From Marsupella aquatica (taxonomy: Eukaryota; Plantae; Marchantiophyta): a stretch of 64,000 bases of DNA. The DNA is taken from positions 24,789,520 through 24,853,519 of the forward strand of contig OZ316893.1 of NCBI GenBank assembly GCA_973895155.1, given 5' to 3'. Within the stretch, counting starts at the first letter, position 1. Each line of letters opens with the position of its first letter. A program made the position numbers and the translations under genes. The notes beneath the pieces are model-generated. The model was not told where the DNA came from. It worked only from the letters and a program-made list of their open reading frames with translations, and made no database searches. This document shows, one piece after another, positions 37,601 to 50,960 of the stretch.

Positions 37601-39137
37601 GGTTCTTAGAAGGAGATCGAGATGCCTCCACTTACGATTGCATGTTTACGTGATAACATTTTGTACAGGAAAACAGCGAACATCCTCTGGGAAAGGCTGT
37701 GGTTCAGTACTCAGCAACTCTGAGTGGAGAGTTATTGGATAGGCCGTCTGCCTCGGATTTCGAAACGATTCCAGGGCACGGAGTGCGTTGCACTGTAGAC
37801 ATGCAAGATGTTTTGATCGGCAATAGAAAGATGATGTCAGAGGCTGGCATTAATGTTCCGGTGGACGTGAATACGCACATGGAAGAGACCGAGCAATTGG
37901 CTCGAACAGGCGTTATGGTAGCAATAGACAAAAGGTTAGTTGGTGTTGTGTCAATTTCAGACCCTGTCAAGCCCGAAGCTGCACTGATCGTCTCGATTCT
38001 CAAATCAATGGGCATTCAAAGCGTGATGGTCACCGGTGATAACTGGGGAACAGCGAAGGCCATAGCTGCGGAAGTTGGCATTGAGGTTGTCAAAGCTGAG
38101 TGTCTACCGGGTGAGAAAGCGGAGGAGATCAAGAAACTCCAGGTACTTCTAAGGTCATCCATTTCAGGGAGAGGTTCCATTAGCAACTAAGCCCTCACCT
38201 TTGAGCCGTCAAATTTTCCAAGACATGTGGAGACAATGTCCGGCTCTCTATGACCGAGCGCCTCCCATTTCCTTACACAATATGATAGCCTCAGCAAGGG
38301 CCTGACGGAATGTTTCTCGGCATCATACATTCTATCCGGACTACCTTTCCTCACTTCGTTCAGTCCTCTACGTACTACTGTGCATTTGTCGAAGTCGCAC
38401 GACTCCACTGTATTCTTTTCCTCTGCATTGTTCCCATTCACCCCCATTTTCTTTTTCAGCCATTGCAGACTACAATGTTTGAATTTAGTTTTGATGGACA
38501 ATCTTTGTACTATTTGTGGGACTTGGGGTCAAGATATGTTTATTCTTCTCTACATTGTTCTCATCCACCCCCACGTTTTTGTCCTGCACTTTCGAATTGG
38601 GATTCGATTTTGTCTGAATTTCTGAAATGGAGGAAGGGTCAAGATATGTCTTCGTCTCTGCTTTCATTGGAGCTCCAATTCATTTTCGGCGTGTTTAATT
38701 TCACATCTCACCTTCGGATGTAACTGTTTCGCACACGCAGTTGGACAGGAGACAGACAGTCGCTATGGTGGGTGATGGGATCAACGATTTCACCTGCCCT
38801 AGTAGCGGCAGACATCGGGATGGCCATTGGAGCAGGCACAGACGTTGCAATTGAAGCAGCGGACATTGTTCTGATGAGGAGCAATTTGGAAGATGTCATC
38901 ACCGCAATAGATCTCTCTAGAAAGACATTCACCCGCATACGGCTCAACTACATCTGGGCGCTTGGTTACAACGCCTTGGGCATCCCCATCGCCGCAGGCA
39001 TCCTCTTTCCTTCCTTCCGGATCCGCTTGCCCCCTTGGGTTGCCGGTGCAGCCATGGCAGCATCGTCCGTCAGCGTAGTCTGCTCCTCCTTGCTGCTCAA
39101 GTATTACAAGAGACCCAAGAGGCTGGACAGCATTTAA
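34651..39137 (+). CDS. HMA5: Copper-transporting P1B-type ATPase, HMA5-like, 6 exons, ~977 aa if a +1 frameshift in the last exon is corrected
   Basis: Exons 34651-34938, 35114-36511, 36659-36913, 37151-37273, 37669-38142 and 38741-39137. HMA domains (GMVCVAC, GMISTSC), [44 protein letters not shown] and MAASS. Exon total of 2935 nt is 3n+1 because of an extra T at 38788-38790. Confidence 0.93.
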
Positions 39138-39514
39138 ATGCAAGCTTCTCATGATCATCGAGTGAAAAAACCTACAGTACTGAATTGCCCAGCTGTGAAG
39201 GAGTGTGATGAGTGCCAAACAACCTTGAATCTCTCTCTTGCTCACAAGCTAGGTGGACATGATCAAGCAAGCACTTACAAACATCACATTCCTTTGGGTC
39301 TTTGGCACAAGCTTCGTCCCGGCGTGAGAATTGTAAGACAGCACTTCACGTCTCTGATTGATGAGAGTAACGCCATTCGAAGCTTGGATGAATTGTGTGA
39401 TCTCTCGCTGCTGTAGGCTGCAATCTATGCACGTGATATTGGAGGGGCTGTTGGTGAAGGGGATTCTTTGGGGTTGAACAAACTAGGCTCGTTACCCTTT
39501 CCTTCAACTTACTT

Positions 39515-40075
39515 TCCTTTGGGATTTTCCCTTTGTATTTTTTCAGGGCATTTTAGCATAATGCCCAGGTCCTTCCCTTTGTATTTTTAGAATTTTCTGG
39601 GAGCATAATGCCCAGTCCCTTTCCCTTTGTATTTTTTAGGGCATTCTGGGAGCAATTATCCCAGGTCTTTCCCTTTGTATTTTTGAGGGCATTCTGGGTG
39701 CAATTAGCTCAGGTCTTTCCCTTTGTATTTTTCAGGGCATTCTGGGAACATAATGCTCAGGTATTTCCCTTTGTATTTTCCCATAATGCTCAGGTATTTC
39801 CCGTTGTATTTTTCAGAGCAGCATTCTGGGAATTTCTCTTTGTAGGTTTCAGGGCATTGTGGGAGCATAATGCCCAGGTCAGGACATTCTGGGAGCATTC
39901 ATCACCTCTTTAGGAAGATTCTTCTCTATGTTTTATTAAAGTTAGAAAACATAAAAATCTCTGAGGCCTTAGTTTAGGAGCTATTTGTTCCCTCTGCATT
40001 TTCAGGGCATTCTGGGAGCATAATGCCCAGGTGAAGATATTCTGGGAGCAGAATGCCCCAGTCAACATCATGCTT
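39515..40075. repeat. ~47-bp minisatellite downstream of the ATPase
   Basis: CCCAGGTC.TTCCCTTTGTATTTTT.AGGGCATTCTGGGAGCATAATG in about 7 tandem copies plus partial copies. Confidence 0.88.
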
Positions 40076-40164
40076 ACCTCAGTAGGAAGATTCTCCTTTA
40101 CATCTATTAAACTTAGAAAAAAATAAAAATATCTCAGGCCTTAAAGTGTAGGAATGTACACTTT

Positions 40165-40280
40165 CCCAAGCATTATGGGCAATAATAGTCCCTCAAAACT
40201 AGAGCTGGAGCTTTCATTTTGGAGGTATTATATCTTGTAATGCCCTTTACACATAACTTTGCTATATACATAAATAGAGA
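40165..40280 (+). repeat. Dispersed short repeat family member
   Basis: CATTATGGGCAATAATA..CCCTCAAAACT.GA.CT..AGC also occurs near 49843 and 58803, and as reverse complement near 30460-30520. Confidence 0.6.
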
Positions 40281-42440
40281 TCAGGAGGAACTAAAACCTT
40301 GCAGCAAAAAGGATTCCCTGTTATTTCCTGTTGATTAGGCCTGTTTGTTGTTTGCAACCTCACTTTCAATGATGCCCTCTATTAGAATAAGGGTGTAGAG
40401 CTTTACTCTAGACATTAGATCAGGGAGTAGCTTTTGATTGCACTTTATTAATTAGATTACTAGACAAAGTTAGAAGAGAGGATTTCTATCCCTGGCTGGA
40501 AATTTTCACTAGATGAGGCCGCCAAGAGAAAATGTGTCTAAGCATGGATAACTGACTGGAAATTTCTAACTTGGCAAGGTGGTATTTAAGCTAAGCGGTG
40601 ATCAGTCAAGTGGTATTTGAAGTAAAAGAGGCATATAAATCATGCTTAAATACCACTCGGCTGATATCTTGATCACCTCTTTTACCTCATTAATATGGTG
40701 GTGGCTATTGTCAGAGGAAAAAATGGCTTTCCTCCACACATTTTATTATGAAGTGCCTAGGTATTCTTTTTGGTGAAATAAATAAATAAATAAATAAAGT
40801 GACTGAGCCTGGTCAACCAAACTCAGCAAGGCTGCCAAGCGGGCTGCCAAGTGAGCAAGTGACTGGGCAAGATCAGCCAAGTTAAAATTTGGGTGAATTT
40901 GAATGATGGTGGCCATTTAAAAGAAATAAAAACCAATTTATCCTCTTTGAGACCTAAACACTCTAACATGCAATCCTACTCTTTCTTTACTGACCCCACT
41001 AGAGGTCCCTTCCAAAATTCCTGGCACCACATCATGCCACATCAACAACAACCGCAACAAACAAGACTCGTCAGTTTTGTGAATCAAACTTATAGTTTTC
41101 ATTGATTTCGTGTTTGTGTCAATTTGGGTGTAAATTTTGGGACGCCGCGCCGTAAAAAGAAAAGTAAAAACATTGGAAATGCAAAGAGCAAGACGGTTAA
41201 AACTGTCACTATGTAACCGTTTTAGTTACATTTCCAATTTTAAAACTTAAATTCAAAGATTTATAAAAAGTATTTTTAATATAATAAATCATGACTAATA
41301 ACTAACTTGATAACTTCCTTGTTAACCGCAACTCCCGGTATGTAAGGACCTCTCGTATTGTAAGGCCCTAATGCTGGGAAGAGCACATAGAAACCCAGGA
41401 TCGGGGAGGAGGAATGGCTGGAATCTTGAAAGTTCATTGAATTTTATACTCAAAACTATTTACTCATTCTCAAAACAAAAAATACCCAGTCGTAAATCTC
41501 ATTGAGATCTTTCTTTTTCACCCTAGATCGCCTTCTAACATGGATGAATAAAATTTCTAGAGGCATTACAAAATGGACGGCAAAGATCGTAAAATCAACA
41601 AAATTGACGGCTAGGAAGGCTTGGATTTGTTTAATTTTTCATTTGGAAAATATTAACCCATTTGCAAAACGGACAGAACCCATCCATAGATCTATTTGAG
41701 ATCTTTCTTTTGAGCCATAGATTGGCCATTATGATGGACGGACAAGATTTCCGGATATAAGAAATGGAGACGGCTCAGATCGACTCTTCCCCCTGATTTT
41801 ATTAGCCAAGTGGTCCACTAACTAATTTTCATGGTATGCTTTTGTAAAATGTCATTCTGGTGGGAAGCCTCCCTAACTGTCAATTATGTTGGCAGTTTTC
41901 CTAACCATGAGATGGGATTAAAGGTGTCACTTTTCACTTTTACTGTTGTTCAATGAACTTATGCTCAACCCACAACAATTCCAATCAACGTCACTTACTA
42001 CAGACAATATTGTGAAATGCATAGGCATTGAGCTAGTTTTGTTATAAAAAGTGTTAACAATCTTTTGCGGGCAAGACCTGTAGCACAAGGCTTGAAAAAA
42101 TCAGCTGGTCAAGTTTGTTTCCAATTTACATCTTGCAACCATGCCATTTTGCAATTATGTGAGGACACAGAGCTTTGCAAGGTCTTTCTCACTATATTCT
42201 AGACTTGAATTGCCTTCTCATGGACTAGGATAGAGCTTGCAACTGAACACTTTTAGCACATCAAACTTGAATGTCAAATTTCCAATTGCAGCTTGCACTC
42301 ATGGCATTGGGCACACAGCCCTTCACACCTGTTTTAATAAGCTCAACTGCTATTGAGCTGACATGGAGAGTCTGCAGAGTCTGCACCGGAGCTCTGCATT
42401 GGGTCCGACCCTTGTAGACCATCAATTTAGGGGACTGGCT

Positions 42441-42528
42441 ATATATATCACAGTGCCCTAGGGCAAAAAATGCCAAACCAGGAGACAGGATCCCAATGGC
42501 AAAGCAACCCAATGAAGGGGAGGAAAAG
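42441..42528 (-). mobile_element. Very short retroposon insertion with TA tail
   Basis: Perfect 12-bp TSD AGGGGACTGGCT (42429-42440 and 42529-42540); minus strand ends GGGCACTGTGATATATAT. Confidence 0.8.
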
Positions 42529-45500
42529 AGGGGACTGGCTGGGGAAAATTCTTTTGCACACAACATGCTCGGTATCTGTAAACAGGTATCCGTCAACAGT
42601 TCTCAGACACGGAAGAAATTGAAATATGTACTGGTAATTTTGTCAATTTTTGTGGGAAGCCAAAATTGTTTCCATGCCCTGGCTAAACATATTCATGGCT
42701 AGGGTGCTGCCTGGCATCTGAAGGCATGCTGGGTAATATCAGTTCCAGCAAAGCCTAAGAGATAACCCTCACGTGCTAATCTGGGTGTACATACATCCAC
42801 ATCCATACCAACATCCAAATCGCTAGGCCCTAGTGGTGGCCAAGAAAAATAAAAGCATTTCAGGTTGGATTTGAACTTGAGTGCCATCTCATGTGTTTTA
42901 GCTTGCACACCAACAACCATAGTGCCATCCAGGTTGGCATGGGACCTGCTCAAAACATTAATTAATTCCCCATTCCAATTAGAAGATCAATTCAGCTGTG
43001 TTTGCGCTCAATAGACCTATTCCTGAAGTCAGTTGTGGTACATGAGTATTGCAACAATAGTCTCATTTGATAACGGTTTGGTTTGGGTAGAAAAAATCTT
43101 TGGAGTTGGACTCTTTTTCAGGGTGCTGTCTGATTGACAGGACAGGAAAGTTGTAGAAAAGTTGGACCACTCATGCTTGGTTATTTATAAATAGACTTTT
43201 TTGGGGTCAAAAGTCAGAGGAAACTTGCATGAAATTATATTGCTCACTAGCCCAGTGACCCTGTAAGTGATGTTGAGAGAAGATGTTGTCTAGCATAGGA
43301 CATGGCTAGGAAGAGAGGGATTTGCTCGATGCCTGGGACCCCAAATGAATTAACTTGCTTTAATAGGATCCTTGAAGTTTTGGGTAGGTTGATTGACAAT
43401 TCAAGGTCAATCAAGTGTCTGGATTCCTCCCGGTCCTGTCAAGAAACACTTTTCATTTTGGGGTCCCATCAAGCAAATCTCTCCCAGGATGACTTACCAC
43501 TAGAGGAATCAGCCAGTTGGCCTCAAAACTAGGTTTGTAAGTGATGTTGAGAGAAGATGGTGTGGTCTACCCCCTGTCAACCATTTGTCAGCCAGTTGGC
43601 CTCAAAACGAGATTTCAAAGAATGTGCAGGCTACATGGAGAGTGAGGGGTTGGGTGGGAAGGTAACTGCAAAGTGGCACTTTTTGATACATCTCATAGTA
43701 TCACACTATTCATTAAAACTGGAATTTCTCTAGTCTAGAAGTTTACGTCTAAATTTATTATTTTACCCTCTAAAATTCTATAACTTTTTCCCCAAATCAT
43801 ACATTTTAGTGACCAAATGTACATTTTCCGAGGTCTAAAATTGCAATTTTAATGTCCAAAATATTAAGTAACTAAGTTATCAATTATTAATACTTATTAA
43901 TTAAAATATTATATAGTGTTCTCATTATATATAATATAAACAAATCAAAAAAATAGAATAAGACAGTATCAATTTTACAATATAAACAATTAAAATGATA
44001 ACATTAAAAATGACTCCTGATAAACAAGGTACATAACTGTGAAGGTAGACCAAGTCTGTTTTGAAACAAATATGATCATACTACAACACCAGAGAATTCC
44101 CAGCAAGGAGACATTCCGAGCATGACATTATTAAAGATGAGCTTTACAAACAAGTCTGATTGCTCAAACAATTAAAATCATTTACAAGGAAAATTTCCAG
44201 GAAACATTTCGAGCAGGACTTATTAAGATGAACTTTAAAGTCTCCCGGATTGGCGTTTCCATTTCCTTTCTGTTCTCTATATTGTGCAAATCGCTTGACA
44301 TGAATATGAATGCCACTGTCTACATGCTCAAAATCGTAGTGCATAACGCGTGCCCACCCTGCTCAATCTTCTGAAATTTTCCGTACAATCCTCAATTAAT
44401 GAGCTATTGATAACAGATTGATGTGAGCTCGCGATCAAAGAAAGCAGCCACTTAAGATCTACGTAACGGCCCGTGCATGCGTTAGCGCACTCCACTGCTC
44501 ACAACATGTACAATCTCTGTTTGAGTCTACAAGTCTTCTCTTGTAGATTGACTGGGTACAGATCGAGGTCTGACTTCTTAAAATCTAGAATTTGCGGTAT
44601 AGATTCGAAACCAAAGAGAATTGATGGATCAAGGAGGAGAATTATTGCAGAATGTTAAAAGCTAAGGACATCGAGCCAGGAGTATTCATCCGTAGCAGAA
44701 TCGATAACACAGACATGGATCACGCACGTGCATCATTTCGTCTATGAGTCTATCTCTGCAGAATTTAGACCGGGCTGATGGCCCGTACTCTAGCTGCGAG
44801 TCTGATACGGATCGATCTAGAAGGGACCGCACGTTTAGAATTCCTTGATTATAGAATTGATGTGGTATGTACATTCTGTGGTGCTTCATTAGTTATGGTC
44901 GTTGTAACAAGTGTCTAGCTAGCTCCATCGGCATATTGTGCGGGTTATGTCTTAATTCCATGGCGGCTGAGGCAGCCGTTTCGGATCCTGCACAGACTGC
45001 GCCCCGCAGACTTGACTACATGTTGGCTTGTCTAGTTAAATCTTTAATCTGCCTTCCCTATGCCAGATCGTGACAGTGTCGCGAACGTCTAGAGCTAGTA
45101 CAAGCTAGCCAATTCAATGACGTAAAAGCGGTCCAACTTGCTGGTAGGATCAAGTTATCACCAGAGGCTCTGCAATCGACTATGTTCCTGATCAATGATT
45201 AATTCCAACGGTGTCGATCATTGCTTTACTTGTTGAGGCGGAAGTATGCAAAAAGTAACTCATGACCACTTCGATCAATTCAATTTTCCAGCAATTTCAT
45301 GAATGAAGAATGTATCGCTGAAGAGTAGAACTATTCGATCAATCCTTTCCTACACACTCGCAGTTTAATCATGAAAGATTACTTAACTTGTTCCTGCGGT
45401 GCCGCGGTGGAATTTAGAGTACGGGCGGATATAAACGACTGCTTCACGGTGACCGAGGTGGCCATGCTTGAGAACCTCGACCCTAGAGCCACATTACTTC

Positions 45501-48491
45501 GGATCCACATCTTTGTGAACTTTTGTGGTATAATCACACTGTACGCCTCACAGACCAATGGATCGAGTACTGTAGACCCTGCTAGCTACAGAATTGACCA
45601 TTCCTTTAAGGTTCTATACAAGGGTCTAGTTCAAGGGTTTACATTCTGAACATTTGTACAGCACACTGCTTGTCGAACATGCAGGTCAGTTCAGCATCAT
45701 CCCTAGCTTCAATGCCAATTTTTGACCCTAACCGTCATCAATTGGAGAAACTATGTCAACTTTTCGCTCCGTTGATTCGTCGTGACTTTGTAACTACACA
45801 GAACTCTGGCACACCATGACCTGGTTATGATTCCTGCCTTTTCATTTGCAAGTGTGAGATGTCAATCAAGGAATGAACATTTGCATCGGATTAACGCCGC
45901 AAGAGCTAACTGTATTATTTTCATCGAACGATTCATTGAGGAAAAGGATATCATTTCGATGGTCAGGCTCATCTTCAAAAGATGGAAAGAAGCACATTGT
46001 ACTCTTCAAAAGGTATAGATCAACGAGGATTAGCGTTCACTTGATGTCTTTCACGGGATGAAAAGATGAAAAGGAGCACATTGTACTCTTGAGACGATAT
46101 ATATCAAGGAGAATTAGCTTTCACTTCATATCTTATCCTTACAAGGGATCAGATCATAGACTCGCTACAGTAATATTGCGCAAGTAGTATTGCTTGAACA
46201 TATCTAGCATACCAATGTTAGTGTACATGAAACAGACTAGCATTATCGTCCCTTTCTAAGTTTTTAGGTTGTGTGCAATTCAACCAGCGTAGGGGCTGTC
46301 TTTCTGTCTTGTAGAGTGGTCCCAAGGAGCCGACAGAAATTCCCTAAATTGCAGAAATTTGGCTCCCATTGCAGGTCTGTACATCGTCAGACCATGAGCC
46401 CTCGATCCCGAGCGGTCAACCTCGTACACGGTGTACTGCCTTGCAGTAGGTATCCCGGTAATCTCGGACATCCCGTTCGAAATGTTGGAAAAACGGATTT
46501 CTCTACATTCACGATAGGAAAAGTGTCGGGATTTGCTATATTCGCACCCTCATCACGTTACAAGGGCCGGAGTTTCGGAAGGCAATCCGCCGTATAAAAG
46601 GCAGTGTACCGAAAGCTCACAATTTTCAAATCGCGGCGCCGGAACTGCAGCCCCTTACTTATGGAAGTCTATTACAAATGAAATTGTTGTAGACGATGTT
46701 CAATCGTACGTATCACGTGGGAAGAAGAGCCAAATATCAAAATATGGTACATTTGAGACTACGTTGGAATTGATAACAGAAGCTCATCATGTATTCAACC
46801 TTGGACCCTCATTAGATCTGTTGGAGCTGTAGATATCTGTCTAGAACGACGTGAATACGAATGGGGGGCAGATGAGCATTTACTTTGTGACCATTGCCCG
46901 ATGATCATTAATTCCTACACACACCGACTAACTGTAGCGTTAGCTTTGGTGAAAGAGGTAATCATGCCAAATAAGATCAGAATATTGTCTGGCTCAAGTG
47001 CAATTCATCGATGGCTAGATAGACCATATATAATCTGGTTTCGGATGACTGAGGTTGATTGAATCTAAACATATAGTTCTTATCAGACAGTCCACGGTCT
47101 GACGAGATGCTCATTTCTTCAATCACGAATGCGTCACAACCTGTGAATGGTTTAGATCTCGATTGCTCATGCCAAGGTCGTACATTAATCTTGTAGCCCT
47201 AGAGATCGAAGGAGGGATAGTCTTCTAGTTGGGGCCTATGTTAACTCCGTATCAATGGCTTCAAGTGATGTGCCAAGCATTAGCTTCAAATAGAGGGTGA
47301 TCCAATTTCGACAGTCCAGTCCTCAGATGCCGTCCGAGCAAGAGCTGTTGATCGATGCGCCCCGGATCCTCGACGCTTTCCGACTGACCTCAATATTTTA
47401 CGTGAGCTACGTAACTCTCTCCGGCTTGAGCTTCAACCCATAAAAATGTGCATGTGTGTATCGAGGTGTGTATCCAAGATTTCAGCATGGAGTTTTTGCA
47501 TTTTATCACGTACTTCAATCTCCGGTACTAAATTGCAATCACGCTGTATTGTTTGAAATGGATGCCATCCTTCCATGCGAGAAATACCTCTCATGCTTTC
47601 TAGCTGTATATATTCTAGTTATCTCGATTTCTGTAATGTGAAATAGAAGCGACTGACAAGTACCACATAGCATGTGTATGTCGGTGTGCTTAGCAAGCAC
47701 ATGCGTGAAGTGCCCTTTTTCCTGCAACACTAATGAGACTAGAGGTTACCAAAATGAACTCCAACTGTTGACTACTGGTTTTGCGAGTTTCTCTTTGGTG
47801 TCGATGAGTGGCCATTTTGCAAATTCATTGACTTACTGTTGATATTCTTTCGAACTTCACACAATGTTCATGAATTCCTACAGACTGAATTACGTCCCGT
47901 ACGTTAATTGCTCATTCCTTACTAACCTGCAGTCGTAGACACGTTTCTCATTTTTGGTAATAGAGATTTGTTCCATGTCTTGAATTGCAGCACATATATG
48001 GCGACCTATCTGAGGACGTGAGAGTTTTATCTAGAATTCCAACGATTTGATAATCGTGTCCCATAGATCATGCACGATACATTCATCAGTCTCATATTTG
48101 CCCATATTTATGATGATTAGATCAGACAGTATCATGTCACAGGCCTGGTAGCTACAGCAAGTGAGCTTGCTTGAGTTCCAATAATTGTCTATTTCATCCT
48201 AGTGACAGATAAACGTCAATCATATGTCAGTCAGCTGCAGCTTTGCTTTGACGAAAATCAAGGTTTTTCGGAGTTTCGACATCACGAAACATTGTTAATT
48301 GAATACGTCTCACAGATGCAGTGTGTATTTTTCTTTCTAGAATCGTTAGAGATAACAAGCCTCCATCGTCGACCTTGGACTACTTTTCGCTTCCATCCTA
48401 ATCATGAACTCCATTCGTAAGTGAGCGAGCCCCTTAGAGAAATTAAGAGTACGTCCAGCAGCTACTATAGTAGAGCGCTGTTAGCATCAAG

Positions 48492-49172
48492 ATGATCAGT
48501 TCAAGAGGTTATGTGACGTTCAGCACTCTGAGAAAAATGGTGATCCTCTTCTTCAATCTGGTACTGTTGACCAGCTTAATCGCTACTGCCATTCGGGACC
48601 TGAATTACGACGTTGGGTTTCCTCCACTCGGCGAAGAGCTGCTGCCTCCTATGCAAACCAGACGGGCTATGGCGAAGACCAGCGAAGCATGGCGCAGGCG
48701 GATATTGTACGCAGCAGCAGCAGTAACCGGAACTAGAAAATATCAAGTAGTGCGCCCACAGCCCCGCATGAGTGTTAGTACTCAAAGCAACGATGCTCAG
48801 ATCGGAAGGAAGCTCAGCAGCACTGGCAGCAACAGCGCAGATGGTCAGACCGTCATTTCCGAGGCGTGCGCTGGGGCTCATGGTCTAGAACTGCAGCAAG
48901 ACAATACTACTTACTACATGGAAGGCTTACCGGTCTTCCACGTCACGGTGATCAATACGTGCCTGGATTGCTCCGTCCAAGACATCCACATTGCGTGCGG
49001 GAATTGGGCATCTGCAACGGAAGTCGATCCGATGGTCTTCAAGAGAGTTGGTTACAATGATTGTATTCTGAACGACGGTAAACCCATCAGCTCTGAGGCA
49101 GTCGTCTTCTTCGAGTACACCAATTCCTTTCCATATCCGATGCATGTGCAACGCTCATCCCCATCCTGCTAA
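48492..49172 (+). CDS. TPD1 (TAPETUM DETERMINANT 1)-like secreted cysteine-rich protein, intronless; likely start is Met at 48537
   Basis: Hydrophobic N-terminus MVILFFNLVLLTSLIATA; C-terminal TPD1-type domain GLPVFHVTVINTC..CSVQDIHIACGNWASATEVDPMVFKRVGYNDCILNDGKPI..FEYTNSFPYPM..C. Confidence 0.88.
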   Translation: MISSRGYVTFSTLRKMVILFFNLVLLTSLIATAIRDLNYDVGFPPLGEELLPPMQTRRAMAKTSEAWRRRILYAAAAVTGTRKYQVVRPQPRMSVSTQSNDAQIGRKLSSTGSNSADGQTVISEACAGAHGLELQQDNTTYYMEGLPVFHVTVINTCLDCSVQDIHIACGNWASATEVDPMVFKRVGYNDCILNDGKPISSEAVVFFEYTNSFPYPMHVQRSSPSC

Positions 49173-50693
49173 TACGATGAGTTACTGTGCATAGCGATAC
49201 AGTGCTAAAAGCTGCGTACATTCGCAATCCGCGAGCTCCATCAATGCTCCATGGAAGCTGCGGCTAAGGACTCATAGCTCTTATCTTATAAGGTTTCGCC
49301 ACTCCTCGTGTAAAAGTGCACTGTGTATATAAGTGCATTCCGTGTTTAAGTGCAAGGTGACGCCTTCGTCTCCAATAAAATTCCGCATTTTTACAAGTAA
49401 ATGCAGGCTCCACCACAAATGTATAAATCAGTTCCATGGATAAGTACACACTAGCCTGAATGCACATTCTTTGAATTTTAATAGAGAGAAAGACCCAAAA
49501 ATAACCTTCCAAAGGAATCTATGTTGTTCCCCTTCATCTTGCTCCCCCCCCCCCTCCCTTTCTGGTATTGGTATCCATTTCAATTTGAGTTTTGACATAT
49601 TAATTTTGTCTTTATCTAGATTTACTCTCTAGAGGCTTCACTTCACTCTAGATCTAAACCACAACTCTAACTTATATCCGTGCTTTATAAGTAAGATATG
49701 TAATTACAGACAAGTGCAAACTGTATATCCAAATATTGGATTGGGGCAATATGAAAGCTCTCTTCTAGTTTTACTCATAATAAAAAATCTGTTAGACTTT
49801 AAGTGTACTAATGCAAATAAAAAATCTGAGGCTCTTAGTACAGCATTATGGGCAATAATAACCCCTCAAAACTGGAACTAAAGCACTAGTTTCGAGCTTT
49901 GTAGCCCACAATGCCCTTAACTAGTGCATAAAGCCCTGTTACTATATACAAGCGCCATTATTGATAAGAGGAGCTCTTTCAATCTATATAGAGAAATGTA
50001 CTTAGCATCTCAACAGCTGGGGTAGGAGACTATATATCAGGTTGCCGACCCCCTTTCGTGGGCCACCTCTGTTGTATGCTGGCTTTTTGGATGAATTTCA
50101 AATGATTTTTTTAAGGCAAAAACAAAAAAGACCCAATGAAGGGGGTTTAAGGTTTTGGTGTTGCAGTTGGTGACAAGGCAATCGACGAGGCTGCCTAACT
50201 GTCACTACCAATTTCATGTACTTGTAGGAATGCATTTTTAGGAAACCACGTTAATGGCAGAATCACGCACTCATCTGCATGAATTCATTATTGAGAACAT
50301 TCCAGTAGTCAAGAAGTGCACTCATGCTCCTATTGCATAGTGCATTCTGTGCAGGATCAACAGAGAAGATTGTGATTCTTTCGATCAAATGCAAAGAATG
50401 TGCAAGAAGTGACTGTGTAGCACAAAGAAGATTGTGATTTTTTGTGAAGTAGCAAGCACCACATTGCTCATTTGTCAGTTTTGCTAATTTTGCCACCTTC
50501 CATCAAAGCAAGAGTCTTGATGGGTAGTAGAAGGACTAAGGGGGCCAATGTGAAACAACATAATCTTTTTGCCTCACTTTTATTCCCGCAGTTTTCTTTC
50601 TTCGTTTTTTGCCTGCAGGCAAGGAAGTGGGTGCCCAAGATGTCAGAAGTAGCCAAGATCCTTAGTCTTTTGTTACTTTGAGAGCAATCTGAG

Positions 50694-50960
50694 TACTGTG
50701 GGCAAGGAGATGAGTGCTCAAGATGTCTAACGGGGTACCCTTGCCAACACCCTGGTACTTCTATCTACATTGTAGCCGAGGTCATGAATCTTGTCATTTC
50801 TATGGACATCTAATGCCAGATAAAAACTGTGGGCAAGGAGATGGGTGCCAAAGATAACAAATGGAGTATTCTTGCCGACACCCTGGTACTTCCATCAACA
50901 TAGTAGCCAAGGTCTGAAGTCTATTGTCATTTGTAGGGAGATCCAATAGCAGACAGAAAC
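50694..50960. repeat. ~130-bp tandem duplication
   Basis: ACTGTGGGCAAGGAGATG.GTGC..CTTGCC.ACACCCTGGTACTTC..GTAGCC.AGGTC occurs twice. Confidence 0.75.

Noticed and set aside
38799-39245. 148-aa antisense ORF over the last ATPase exon
   Set aside because: Shadow ORF of a GC-rich coding exon with no independent support.
39608-39913. Repetitive hydrophobic ORF (VFPFVFFRAFWE repeats)
   Set aside because: Translation of a ~47-bp minisatellite with variable unit length.
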